Shown: one piece after another, positions 46,047-55,464 of the stretch
Layout of the letters: each line of letters begins with the position of its first letter
How positions within the stretch are numbered: the first letter of the stretch is position 1
The notes under the pieces: generated by a model
What the model saw: only the letters and a program-made list of their open reading frames with translations
Told to the model about the DNA's origin: nothing
Database searches by the model: none
Assembly (NCBI GenBank): GCA_024654505.1
Contig: JANLHN010000003.1
Span: 68,314 to 132,313, forward strand
Direction of reading: 5' to 3'
Length of the DNA: 64,000 bases
Origin: Nanobdellota archaeon
GTDB lineage: Archaea > Nanobdellota > Nanobdellia > Pacearchaeales > GW2011-AR1
Position numbers and translations under genes: made by a program

Positions 46047-47282
46047 TTATTTATTTACTCCACTAATTTTTTTGTTATCTTCGCTGAGATATTCTTTAAA
46101 ATCTTCTGCTTTCAAGTTTACTGGGGAGAGATCTCGGAGTCTTTTTACTATTTTTGGAAAAAGGTTTATTAGTTTTTCTATTCCTTCTTTTGTAGTATTC
46201 TTTCCTAGAGTAAATCTCATACTTCCATGCGCGGCCTCGTAAGGAAGTCCTAGGGCTAAAATTACATGGCTTGGGTCTAAAGTCTTGCTTGTGCAGGCGC
46301 TTCCAGTACTGGCACAGATGCCTTCTTTATCAAGATAGAGAAGTGCTGCTTCTCCTTCAATATCTAAAATACTTATATTCACATTATTAGGCAATCTCTT
46401 TGTGGGGTGTCCATTTAAGAAGGCTTTTGGGATGGTTTTTAAAATTCCATCAATCAATTTGTTTGATAGTTTTGTTAATCTTTCGCACTCTAGTCCTTTG
46501 TCTTTTGATGCAATTTCTAATGCTTTTGCGAATCCAACTATTAAAGGAATGTTCTCTGTCCCGCTTCGAAGTCTTCTTTCTTGTCCTCCTCCATGAATTA
46601 GAGGTGTTAGAGTTACGCCTTTCCTTAAAAACAAGAGGCCTATGCCTTTTGGACCATATACTTTGCTCGCATTTAAGCTCATGAGATCCACACCAAGATT
46701 TTTAACATCTAAGTTTAAATATTCGGAAGCCTGACAGGCATCTGTATGAAATAAAACCTTATTTTTTTTACAAATTTCTGAGATTTCTTTTATGGGCTGA
46801 ATTGTTCCAATTTCATTATTGGCATACATAATGCTAACAAGAATAGTTTCACTTTTTATTGCCTTTTCTAATTCGTCTAGGCTAATTAAACCATATCGAT
46901 CTACATCAAGATAAGTTACTTCGTATCCTTCTTTTTCTAAGAATTCGCAGGTTTCAAGAACTGCAGGGTGTTCAGTTTTTTGTGTTATAATATGGTTTCC
47001 TTTTCCTAGTTTTTTGTTTTGATGATGTGCAATTCCTTTTATAGCCATATTAATGCTTTCTGTTCCACTTCCTGTAAAAATTATCTCTTCAGGTTCGCAA
47101 TTAAGAATTTTAGATATTGTTTCTCTAGAACTATCTAGGGCCTGTTTTCCTTTCAAACCTTCCGAATGCATGCTTCCCGGATTTCCATAAATTTGATTAA
47201 AATAGGGGAGCATTGCTTTGACAACTTCTTTATCTACAGGTGTTGTTGCGGCATTATCAAAGTATGTAGACTTTTTATCCAT
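46047..47282 (-). CDS. nifS: cysteine desulfurase (NifS/IscS class)
   Basis: 411 aa. PLP lysine region SLNASKVYGPKGIGLLF, HTDACQA, active-site Cys loop STGSACTS. Confidence 0.85.
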   Translation of the reverse strand: MDKKSTYFDNAATTPVDKEVVKAMLPYFNQIYGNPGSMHSEGLKGKQALDSSRETISKILNCEPEEIIFTGSGTESINMAIKGIAHHQNKKLGKGNHIITQKTEHPAVLETCEFLEKEGYEVTYLDVDRYGLISLDELEKAIKSETILVSIMYANNEIGTIQPIKEISEICKKNKVLFHTDACQASEYLNLDVKNLGVDLMSLNASKVYGPKGIGLLFLRKGVTLTPLIHGGGQERRLRSGTENIPLIVGFAKALEIASKDKGLECERLTKLSNKLIDGILKTIPKAFLNGHPTKRLPNNVNISILDIEGEAALLYLDKEGICASTGSACTSKTLDPSHVILALGLPYEAAHGSMRFTLGKNTTKEGIEKLINLFPKIVKRLRDLSPVNLKAEDFKEYLSEDNKKISGVNK

Positions 47283-47484
47283 CTTTCTTTTTAGAATTTA
47301 GTTTTGCGACTAATTCTTCGGGGTCTATTCCATGAACTATTGCCCCTTGTTCAATTGTCTCAAATTGTGCCATTGGACACATACCACACCCTAACCCTTC
47401 TTCTGCTAAAATTTCCATTGCTTCGGAGTTCGAATCCACTAAATCTGCAAATTTTGTATGTCTCGTTATTTTTTTGTTTTTCAT
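47275..47484 (-). CDS. DUF1858-like small redox-domain protein
   Basis: 69 aa. GLGCGMCPMAQFETIEQGA motif. Confidence 0.4.
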   Translation of the reverse strand: MKNKKITRHTKFADLVDSNSEAMEILAEEGLGCGMCPMAQFETIEQGAIVHGIDPEELVAKLNSKKKDG

Positions 47485-47487
47485 AAT

Positions 47488-47871
47488 CTAGGCCCCCATA
47501 TGTTTTGGGTCTGCATTACAATATTTAAGAACTTCTTTATTATATTTTTTGCAAACCTCGCAAGAAGATTTTGAATCTTTCATAAATTTCAATATCTTTT
47601 GCATTTCTGTGACTGCCATCTTGGGATTTTCAAAAACTATTTTTGCAGATTTTTCTACCTCTATCTTTGTTTCGTTGCTAAGTTTAATCTTATTAGCCCT
47701 TTTATTAGATAAATATTGAGATATGGCAGCCTTACTTATTCCAAGGATATTCCCTGCTTTTTCATAACTTAATTCGTATTTTTTAGTTAATAGTCTTGCA
47801 AGTTCTTTTCTTATTGCAGGTATAATATACCAGACTTCAATTTCCTGAGATAACAAATATGCCATGTTCAC
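47488..47871 (-). CDS. HTH-type transcriptional regulator with C-terminal Cys cluster
   Basis: 127 aa. HTH AGNILGISKAAISQYL. C-terminal CEVC...C. Confidence 0.45.
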   Translation of the reverse strand: MNMAYLLSQEIEVWYIIPAIRKELARLLTKKYELSYEKAGNILGISKAAISQYLSNKRANKIKLSNETKIEVEKSAKIVFENPKMAVTEMQKILKFMKDSKSSCEVCKKYNKEVLKYCNADPKHMGA

Positions 47872-47951
47872 AATAGTTAACCTTTATTTATAAATCTTTC
47901 GGATTAAGCTTTTCTAGTAATCTTTATAAAGGTAATATCTTTTTACAATAT

Positions 47952-48500
47952 ATGGTCCTTTGGGTTATTATTATAGTAGTAATTGTTTTGGCTATAGTTT
48001 TTTTTGCCTATTACAATAGGTTTGCTAGATTATCCCAACAAATTGATAATTCTCTTTCACAGATTGGTGTTCAGTTAAAAAAGCGAGTAGATTTGGTTCC
48101 AAATTTAATTAGTTCTGTTAAGGGGTATATGAAACATGAAAGTGCGGCAATTAAAACAGTTACTGATGCTAGAAAGGCTCTCGTTTCTGCTGAGGGTATT
48201 GAAAAGAAAATGAGGGCAGGTAATAAATTACAGTCTGCTTTGAAATCAATTTTTGCACTTGCAGAGAATTATCCAAACCTTAAAGCAAATGAAAACTTCT
48301 TACAATTACAACAAGAGCTTTCCTCTATTGAAGACAAGGTTGCATATGCAAGGCAATATTATAATGATGGAATTATGTCTTATAATATTATGACTAAAAC
48401 AGTTCCTGGAATGTGGTTTGCTTCGATATACGGGTTCAAAGAGAGAGAATATTTGAAAATTTCTGAAGCAGAAAAGGCCGTTCCTAAGGTCGAATTTTAA
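47952..48500 (+). CDS. lemA: LemA-family protein
   Basis: 182 aa. N-terminal TM helix, then the LemA conserved core (YPNLKANENFLQLQQEL..., YYNDGIMSYN). Confidence 0.7.
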   Translation: MVLWVIIIVVIVLAIVFFAYYNRFARLSQQIDNSLSQIGVQLKKRVDLVPNLISSVKGYMKHESAAIKTVTDARKALVSAEGIEKKMRAGNKLQSALKSIFALAENYPNLKANENFLQLQQELSSIEDKVAYARQYYNDGIMSYNIMTKTVPGMWFASIYGFKEREYLKISEAEKAVPKVEF

Positions 48501-48506
48501 TTATCT

Positions 48507-48956
48507 ATGGTTGAAGGTATTTCCCCTGAGAGGTTCCTTGTAGAAGTATTAGAAAGAGAATTGTTTAAGGTTATAGGAGAGAATAGTTATAGGGTAACCA
48601 GAGATAGTTCTAAAAGAATTTCTATTCCAAATGAAACTATTTATGAGGTAAAAAGGGGGGATAGACTTAGTGAAAAGGCTTTACTTCGTATTGTTCGTGG
48701 CGGTCCCTGTAGTGCTATTAGTGGTGTTAGTCTTGATTGTCAGGGAGATAGTATTGGTATTTTCTGGGCTTTAGGATACGCACTCGATTCTTTCGCTCAA
48801 AATAAGAGAGCAACTTACCCTTGGTTAACAGTCACAACACCATTTAATGGAAGGGAATATATCGAAGGGATAAGAAGAAGACACCCTGGGAGAGATAGGT
48901 CTGGGGATGAAAAAGCCGATGTTGGTGACTTAGAGAAAATGTCTTATAAGAAGTAG
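48507..48956 (+). CDS. hypothetical protein between lemA and htpX
   Basis: 149 aa, no motif. Confidence 0.3.
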   Translation: MVEGISPERFLVEVLERELFKVIGENSYRVTRDSSKRISIPNETIYEVKRGDRLSEKALLRIVRGGPCSAISGVSLDCQGDSIGIFWALGYALDSFAQNKRATYPWLTVTTPFNGREYIEGIRRRHPGRDRSGDEKADVGDLEKMSYKK

Positions 48957-49036
48957 TATATTCTAAAGTATATTTTATAAAGTATATGTTATAGTGTATA
49001 GGTTAATCTTATAAACTATTTTGTTCTTTCTATTTT

Positions 49037-49918
49037 ATGGAAAGAGTTTCATTTTATGATGAGATAGCACGAAATAAAAGGAATTCATTTTTTCTTTTGA
49101 CTTTTGTGTTTATTGTGCTTTTGCTTTTGACTTATGTGATTGGTCTTGCCGTCGGGGGAGATTACTTTTTTATTATCTTGGTTTTTGGGACAATTATCTC
49201 AATCCTTTATGTTGTTGGAGGTTATTATAATTCCCATAAGCTTGCCATCGCCTCGGTTAGTGGTAAACTTGCTGATGGTTCTCAATATCATCAGTATCAT
49301 AATATTGTGGAAGGGCTTAGTCTTGCGTCTGGAGTTCCAAAGCCAAAACTCTATGTGATGAACAATCCCCAGATTAATGCTTTCGCTTCAGGAAGGAATC
49401 CTGAGAACGCGGTTATTTGTGTGACTACTGGTGCTCTTGAGAATTTGAGTAAACAAGAATTGGAGGGTGTTTTAGCTCATGAAATGAGTCATATTGCTAA
49501 TTATGATATTAGATTTATGACTTTGACTGCAATCCTTGTAGGGATGATATCTATTATTGCACAGATATTTTTGAGAAGCCTTTGGTATGGGGGTGGGAGA
49601 GGTAGCAGCAATGATAAGGATGGTGCAATCTGGATGGTTGTGGGCATTGCACTGGCTATTTTGGCCCCTATTGTTGTCGCGTTAGTTCAATTAGCAATTT
49701 CTAGAAAGAGAGAATATGCTGCGGACTCTTCGGCAGTTAAGTTTATGAGGACGCCGACAGGATTAATTAATGCTTTGAAAAAGATTGGAGGAAATAAGCC
49801 TATGAAAGTCTCTGGAGCTGTTGCCCCTCTATTTATTGCTAATCCTAGCAAGACAAAAGAGTTGTTTATGACTCATCCACCTCTAGAGAAAAGAATTGCT
49901 AGACTGGAGAGGATGTGA
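49037..49918 (+). CDS. htpX: HtpX-like M48 zinc metalloprotease
   Basis: 293 aa. HEMSHI zinc motif. TM helices at N-terminus and middle. Confidence 0.8.
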   Translation: MERVSFYDEIARNKRNSFFLLTFVFIVLLLLTYVIGLAVGGDYFFIILVFGTIISILYVVGGYYNSHKLAIASVSGKLADGSQYHQYHNIVEGLSLASGVPKPKLYVMNNPQINAFASGRNPENAVICVTTGALENLSKQELEGVLAHEMSHIANYDIRFMTLTAILVGMISIIAQIFLRSLWYGGGRGSSNDKDGAIWMVVGIALAILAPIVVALVQLAISRKREYAADSSAVKFMRTPTGLINALKKIGGNKPMKVSGAVAPLFIANPSKTKELFMTHPPLEKRIARLERM

Positions 49919-49957
49919 TTAGGTAAATTTATATAACGAAGGACCCCTTATCTTATT

Positions 49958-50977
49958 ATGAACCTAAAAGAGAGATTTGATTTAATAACGCGGAATCTTC
50001 AAGAAGTTATTGGAGAAGAAGAGTTGAAAGAGAAATTAAACTCTAAGAAGGAATTTGTTGTATATTGGGGAACAATGCCCACGGGAAGCATTTCTATTGC
50101 TTATTTTTTCCCTATGTTAAAAATTGCGGATTTGTTAAAGGCAGGGTGTAGGGTAAAAATTCTAAATGCAGACCTCCATGCCGCCCTCGATTCTGTTCCA
50201 TGGGAAGAATTGGAAAAAAGATTTGCCTATTATCAAGAAGCTATAGAAACAATACTTAAGACATTAGGTGTAGATTTAAAGAAATTGGAGTTTGTTAAGG
50301 GTAGTGAATTACAACTTAATAATAAATATTTTGAAGATTTATTAAAGATGAGTACTTTTTCCAATATTCATGATGCGGTAAAGGCTTCCAGTGAAGTTGT
50401 TAAGGCTAGTGATAATCCAAAACTTTCTGGAGCAATTTATCCCCTAATGCAAGCTTTGGATGAAGAGTATTTGGGTGTTGATGCTCAACTTGGTGGGAAT
50501 GACCAAAGGAAGATTATGGTCTTTGCTAGGGAATATTTACCCAAGATTGGATATGAAAGAAGGATTGAACTATTAAATCCCCTAATTAGAGGTCTTGTTG
50601 GTGAGAAGATGTCTTCCAGTCAGAGGAATACAAAAATTGATTTGATGGATGATGAAGAATCTGTTAAAAAGAGAATTAACGGTGCTGACTGTGTTGCTGG
50701 AGACCCTAATAACGGCATAATGGCGCTTTTGAAATACTTTATCATGATTATCAAAGGAGATAAGGGAGAGAAGCTTGTGATTAAAAGACCTGAGAAGTTT
50801 GGTGGGAACATAGAGTATTCTAACTATGAAAGTATTGAAAAAGATTTTGTTTCAAAGAAACTTCATCCAATGGATTTAAAGAATGGTGTTGCTGGAGAGA
50901 TTAATAATTTATTGGTTGCTATTCGTAAAAATAAGAAGTTGAAGAAACTTCATGAGATGGCTTATCCAAAAGCTTAA
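49958..50977 (+). CDS. tyrS: tyrosyl-tRNA synthetase (archaeal type)
   Basis: 339 aa. Near-colinear with archaeal TyrRS (ILNADLHAALD, AIYPLMQALDEEYLGVDAQLGGNDQRKI, KMSSS, KRPEKFGGNIEYSNYE...LHPMDLKNGVA). The HIGH-motif position reads GSISIAY (histidines absent). Confidence 0.85.
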   Translation: MNLKERFDLITRNLQEVIGEEELKEKLNSKKEFVVYWGTMPTGSISIAYFFPMLKIADLLKAGCRVKILNADLHAALDSVPWEELEKRFAYYQEAIETILKTLGVDLKKLEFVKGSELQLNNKYFEDLLKMSTFSNIHDAVKASSEVVKASDNPKLSGAIYPLMQALDEEYLGVDAQLGGNDQRKIMVFAREYLPKIGYERRIELLNPLIRGLVGEKMSSSQRNTKIDLMDDEESVKKRINGADCVAGDPNNGIMALLKYFIMIIKGDKGEKLVIKRPEKFGGNIEYSNYESIEKDFVSKKLHPMDLKNGVAGEINNLLVAIRKNKKLKKLHEMAYPKA

Positions 50978-51001
50978 AACTTATCTTTCTAATTTATAAA
51001 T

Positions 51002-51853
51002 ATGGTTAAGAAACGCGCACTTGTATTATATTCAGGAGGGTTGGACTCCCGACTTGCTGTGAAGCTTATGCAAGATGAAGGCTATGAGGTAGAGGCTTTG
51101 TACTTTGCTCTGCCTTTTGGTTGTGGGTGTTGCAAGGAGGGATGCAACTTTAATTTTGCTCAGACTTCGGGGGTGAAGATGACGATAATAGATGTTACTA
51201 AAGAGCCTCTTCTTTCGGAATATATTGGGATTATTAAGAATCCCCGATATGGAATCGGGGCGGGAATTAATCCTTGTAAGGATTGTAAGATATTTATGTT
51301 TAAGAAAGCAAAAAAATATGCTGATGAGAAAAAGATTAAAGTTATTGCTACCGGAGAGGTGGTTGGTCAGAGACCTATGAGTCAAACCCAAAGCGGAATG
51401 AGAATTATAGACAAAGAAATTGGTTTTGAGATTAAAAGACCCTTAATTGAGATTGGAATAAATGGGAGAAGTCGAAAAATGCAAATGGCACTTGCAGAAA
51501 AATATGGGATTAAATACCCAAATCCTGGAGGTGGTTGTTTCTTATGTGAGAAAAGTCCGGCTAATAGGTTAAAGAATTTATTTGAAAAAGATTTTATTAA
51601 TGAAAAGACTTTGCCACTCACCATGATGGGCAGACATTTTTTTATCGACGGAGTTTGGTTTGTTGTTGCCAGAGATGAAAAAGAGTGTATTTTTTTAGAT
51701 GATTTTAAAGAAACTATTGTTGGTGGAAAGGGAATTCCTAGTGTTTATTCATCTGATAAAAAGGGGAAGGAAAATGCTTTAAAACTACAAAAAGCTTACT
51801 CTACTGGAGATAATGAAAATGAGCGAGATAAATTCAATGAATGGAAGTTATAA
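51002..51853 (+). CDS. ThiI-like PP-loop ATPase (tRNA 4-thiouridine/thiamine sulfur-transfer family), THUMP-less
   Basis: 283 aa. PP-loop LYSGGLDS at the N-terminus. ATGEVVGQRPMSQTQSGMRII matches the ThiI GEslGQVASQT motif. Several Cys pairs. Confidence 0.55.
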   Translation: MVKKRALVLYSGGLDSRLAVKLMQDEGYEVEALYFALPFGCGCCKEGCNFNFAQTSGVKMTIIDVTKEPLLSEYIGIIKNPRYGIGAGINPCKDCKIFMFKKAKKYADEKKIKVIATGEVVGQRPMSQTQSGMRIIDKEIGFEIKRPLIEIGINGRSRKMQMALAEKYGIKYPNPGGGCFLCEKSPANRLKNLFEKDFINEKTLPLTMMGRHFFIDGVWFVVARDEKECIFLDDFKETIVGGKGIPSVYSSDKKGKENALKLQKAYSTGDNENERDKFNEWKL

Positions 51854-51923
51854 AACTCAAAAACCTCGCATGTTTTCATTTATTCAATGGGATGAAAAAT
51901 GAAAAGAGAGATAAATTTGATGG

Positions 51924-52544
51924 GTGGAAATTGTGAAATATCCGTTTAATCTGGTTGCTAAGATTTCCCATTTAATAATTAGTCTCTTGTTTGCCTATTC
52001 TATTATTAGGGATTATTTTTCTGGAGTTTACTGGAGAATTCCTCTTTATCTTCTAGTTTTTCTCCTTTATTCTTTTGGCTTTTTTAAAATTAAAAATTTA
52101 TCGAATACCTCTAGAGTCTTTTTGGGGATTATAATGTTATTAGAATTGGGAGGGGAAAGTTTGTTTAGGCTTTTTTACACAACAGTTTATTATGACAAGA
52201 TTCTCCATTTTATAAATCCGTTTTTTATAATATTTATTACCTATGACGTGTTGGGAGATTTTGTTAAAGATAAAAATAAGAGGATTTACTTTTCTTTTTT
52301 TGGAGTGCTTATTATTGGGCTTATTTGGGAGTTAATAGAGATTTTCCTATTTACCTTTTTTAATGTTCCTCTTGTTGGCGTGGTCCTTACTGATTCTCTA
52401 ATAAAATCTTCTTCTAGTATTACTTTTTGGTTAAGCCCGTGGGTAGATACCTTTTATGATATCGTTTTAGATGTGCTGGGGGCCTTTTTTGCTTTAATCT
52501 TAATGATTATCCTCTACAAAAAGAAGGGGTTAAACCAAAAATGA
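51924..52544 (+). CDS. integral membrane protein
   Basis: 206 aa, about 6 TM helices. Confidence 0.35.
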   Translation: MEIVKYPFNLVAKISHLIISLLFAYSIIRDYFSGVYWRIPLYLLVFLLYSFGFFKIKNLSNTSRVFLGIIMLLELGGESLFRLFYTTVYYDKILHFINPFFIIFITYDVLGDFVKDKNKRIYFSFFGVLIIGLIWELIEIFLFTFFNVPLVGVVLTDSLIKSSSSITFWLSPWVDTFYDIVLDVLGAFFALILMIILYKKKGLNQK

Positions 52545-53023
52545 CCAACAAATATGTTTGGGAATTTACTAATCAAAGAAAACTGAACAAATCAGAGTTT
52601 TTAGATTACTTCGAGAGGAAAGTATTTAGGACAATTCGGAAGTATGATATGCTTCCAAAGGACAAAGCTATTATATTAAAGAAGTCCGAGGACCTGAATA
52701 CTACTGTTTTGAAGAAGGTGTTGGAAAAGAAGTTTACTGTTAAGTTTGGAGTGAAACCTGTTTTCTTTTCAGATAATTTATCTTTTGTTGCAGAAGAGAT
52801 TTTCAAGAAAATCTTGATGGGTAAATTTGAAGGTCCAAAACCAGAGAATAGGCCCCTTTATTTCCTTTCAGATAAAGAAGTTGAACTTTATGCTGAATTG
52901 GTTGGCCTTAAAGGAGATGTTAGAAAAAGAGACTCTAGAACTCGGGCTCTTTTTGATAAGTTTTTAAAGAAAAACCAAGACCTTGAGTTAAATATTGTTA
53001 GGGCTTTGGGACAAATTGTTTAG
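52541..53023 (+). CDS. hypothetical protein
   Basis: 160 aa. Its last ~15 codons are formed by copy 1 of a 42-nt direct repeat. Confidence 0.3.
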   Translation: MTNKYVWEFTNQRKLNKSEFLDYFERKVFRTIRKYDMLPKDKAIILKKSEDLNTTVLKKVLEKKFTVKFGVKPVFFSDNLSFVAEEIFKKILMGKFEGPKPENRPLYFLSDKEVELYAELVGLKGDVRKRDSRTRALFDKFLKKNQDLELNIVRALGQIV

Positions 53024-53495
53024 GCAAATGATCTTTGGTTATGTTCAGCATAACATTCTCTCCAACAATTTTTATAGAGTCTATAGGGATTGCTATTCTT
53101 TTCTTAGAAAAAAATAATGAGGATGTAGGTTTTGCATAAATTATTTTTATCTTGTTTTTCTCTCCATAAATGTCTATTGATGAAACCGCTCCAATTTTTT
53201 CCCCATTTTTATCAAAAACAATCTTCCCTTTTACATCATAAACCACTGTTATTTTTAAAAAAATGGCATGAGGGGTTATTTTACTAATGTAATTCTTTCC
53301 GATGGTCAATCCACTCCTAATAATTCCCTTATCTACAGATATCCCAATAAAATCTAAAGATTTTGAGTTAATTAATACTTTTTCCGCAACCCCAATAAAA
53401 GCTCCTTCCGAGTCTATAACATCTTTTCCCAATATGTCTTCGGAAGTTATTGCTTTAACTATTGCTTTGCCAGAAATACTTTTTTGTTGTCTCAT
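52998..53495 (-). CDS. PRC-barrel domain protein
   Basis: 165 aa. Two PRC-barrel-like halves (GKDVIDSEGAFIGVAEKVLIN..., GKIVFDKNGEKIGAVSSIDI). Confidence 0.5.
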   Translation of the reverse strand: MRQQKSISGKAIVKAITSEDILGKDVIDSEGAFIGVAEKVLINSKSLDFIGISVDKGIIRSGLTIGKNYISKITPHAIFLKITVVYDVKGKIVFDKNGEKIGAVSSIDIYGEKNKIKIIYAKPTSSLFFSKKRIAIPIDSIKIVGENVMLNITKDHLPKQFVPKP

Positions 53496-53946
53496 ATTTT
53501 GGTTTTAATACTATCGATTTATTTACATATTCCATTTTAGATGCCGGGATAAAAAACTCTCGGCTGAACAGGGAGCGAACATATACTCCTTTTAGATCAT
53601 TTCTCGTCCCATTTCTTACAACCTCTTTGACCCTTCCAATTATTTCACCTTTAGAGGTTATTACTTTTTTGTTTTTAATTAAAACAGAAACTTCTATATT
53701 CAAAATTACAGCGTCTTTAGATATCTTTGAAAAGTAATTTCTTCCAATATATATCTGTTTCTTAAGAACGTTCCCCCTCACAAGAATCCCCTCAAGACCA
53801 AAGCCCACCGGATTTATTCTTATCTCTGATATTCTTCCCACTATCTCTCCCCCCTTGGAAAGGACCCTTTTTCCGATTAATTTTCTTAAATTAATTGTTC
53901 TGTCGAGAGGTCGTTCAGTTCTTAATATTTGGTGGGGTCTTCTCAT
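53455..53946 (-). CDS. PRC-barrel domain protein (paralog)
   Basis: 163 aa. GKRVLSKGGEIVGRISEIRIN and SKGEIIGRVKEVVRN blocks, paralogous to the downstream gene. Confidence 0.5.
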   Translation of the reverse strand: MRRPHQILRTERPLDRTINLRKLIGKRVLSKGGEIVGRISEIRINPVGFGLEGILVRGNVLKKQIYIGRNYFSKISKDAVILNIEVSVLIKNKKVITSKGEIIGRVKEVVRNGTRNDLKGVYVRSLFSREFFIPASKMEYVNKSIVLKPKYETTKKYFWQSNS

Positions 53947-53975
53947 GTCGTTTTAAGGATAAGGGACTTTAAAAA

Positions 53976-54587
53976 TCATGCGGAGAACAATAAAAAGATT
54001 CCCGCAATAGCTAGATATTCTAAAATCTTTGCTAGGAGAGTTATTATAAACAGTCTTTTGAAGTTATATTTTGTTACTCCTAATGCGAAGATTAATAGGG
54101 GTGCGGGAAAAATAGGGATAATGTTAAAAATAAATATTCCATAAGCCCCATAATTGTTCATCCATCTCCTAGCCTTATACACTTTTTTCTTTGAAACAAA
54201 ATGTAACATAAAGTTGCTTGTTTTAAAACCAACAAAATAATTAAGTATTTGTGAGAGCATATATCCTACCATACACGTAAAAAGGGAAAAGAAAATAGGG
54301 TTTCCATTTACTAATCCATAGTAGAATATTAATTCATCTGCTGAAGGCATAAAGAATATTCCCCCTATAAAATGTTCATAAAGTAGGCCCATAGGAGTTA
54401 CATTCATGAAGTTATAATGGATGTAGTCCATCATTTCTCGGAGAAAGGGTGTTGTTTGAATTAAGTTGTACAAAGAGTTATAGAAAAAAATAACTAAAAA
54501 CAATAAGGCAAGAAGAATAATAATAGAAATTGCTAAAACCTTTCTTTTATGTGAAGGATCATTCTCTTGGATGTAATAGTGGTCCAT
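53976..54587 (-). CDS. DedA/TVP38-family membrane protein
   Basis: 203 aa, multiple TM helices, IIPIFPAPLLIFALG motif region. Confidence 0.45.
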   Translation of the reverse strand: MDHYYIQENDPSHKRKVLAISIIILLALLFLVIFFYNSLYNLIQTTPFLREMMDYIHYNFMNVTPMGLLYEHFIGGIFFMPSADELIFYYGLVNGNPIFFSLFTCMVGYMLSQILNYFVGFKTSNFMLHFVSKKKVYKARRWMNNYGAYGIFIFNIIPIFPAPLLIFALGVTKYNFKRLFIITLLAKILEYLAIAGIFLLFSA

Positions 54588-54776
54588 GAGTGTTACAAGA
54601 ATTTATTGTTTTTATAGTATGATGTTTTGGGTGTTCAAAGGCAAATCAAGACCTTGAGTTAAATATTGTTAGGGCTTTGGGACAAATTTGTTAGATTATT
54701 TTAGCTTAAGAGAGTGTTACCCCTATCTTGTAATGACAATAGTAAGGTTTAAATAGTGTAAAAAAATCTATTAATA

Positions 54777-55460
54777 ATGGCAAAAAGTGGTAGAATACCT
54801 GTCCCATTGAAAGTAGCATTATATGTTGGAGCTATAGCTGGGCTTTCAGGAGGTCTATATAGTCAATTAGATAGTATTCAACAAAGAAGGTCAAATAGGG
54901 AGGCAACTCACTATTCAGGTTCTGCAATTTCTGGAGGATCCGAAAGACCAGCTAGTCCTCTTGAAAGGGCTGTAGAGGGACCTGTTGTTGAAACTGCCCC
55001 TGTTGTCCCGGAAAGAGTTAATTACAGGACTGAAGACTTTTCTGAAGATACCGAACAAATTGCTCTTGCTAGAATGCTTTATGGAGAGGCTAGGGGGGAA
55101 TCTAATGCCGAAAATTTTGCTATTGCTTACTCTGCTATTAATCGTTCTACTGATGGTCATCGTTGGAATGGTGAAGGTGATTTAAGGGCGGTTGTTCATG
55201 CCCCTTGGCAATATTCTTGTTTTAATAAGGGTAGCGAAACACTTGCTGCATTAAAAGATCCCGAATCCGATGATTCAGTAAGATGGTTTGAATTATTAGA
55301 TATAGCTGGTAGAGCTATAGCTGGCGAACATCCAGAATTGAATTGTGGCCAAACACATTATTTTAATCCTAGACGTGCAAATCCAGATTGGGCTGATGAT
55401 TTAGAATTGATTGAGTTTGGGGGTAGAAATTTTGCACACACCTATAGAAGAGAGGACTAA
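54777..55460 (+). CDS. SleB/CwlJ-type cell wall hydrolase (Hydrolase_2 family), membrane-anchored
   Basis: 227 aa. IALARMLYGEARGESNAENFAIAYSAINRS, VVHAPWQYSCFN and GQTHYFNP...FGGRNFAHTY match SleB-domain blocks. N-terminal TM helix. Locally GC-elevated. Confidence 0.65.
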   Translation: MAKSGRIPVPLKVALYVGAIAGLSGGLYSQLDSIQQRRSNREATHYSGSAISGGSERPASPLERAVEGPVVETAPVVPERVNYRTEDFSEDTEQIALARMLYGEARGESNAENFAIAYSAINRSTDGHRWNGEGDLRAVVHAPWQYSCFNKGSETLAALKDPESDDSVRWFELLDIAGRAIAGEHPELNCGQTHYFNPRRANPDWADDLELIEFGGRNFAHTYRRED

Positions 55461-55464
55461 TTAA

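Larger units (their letters stand above)
52976..54688. repeat. 42-nt perfect direct repeat pair bracketing a 1.67-kb three-gene segment
   Basis: caagaccttgagttaaatattgttagggctttgggacaaatt at 52976-53017 and 54647-54688. The intervening genes are all on the opposite strand. Confidence 0.6.
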
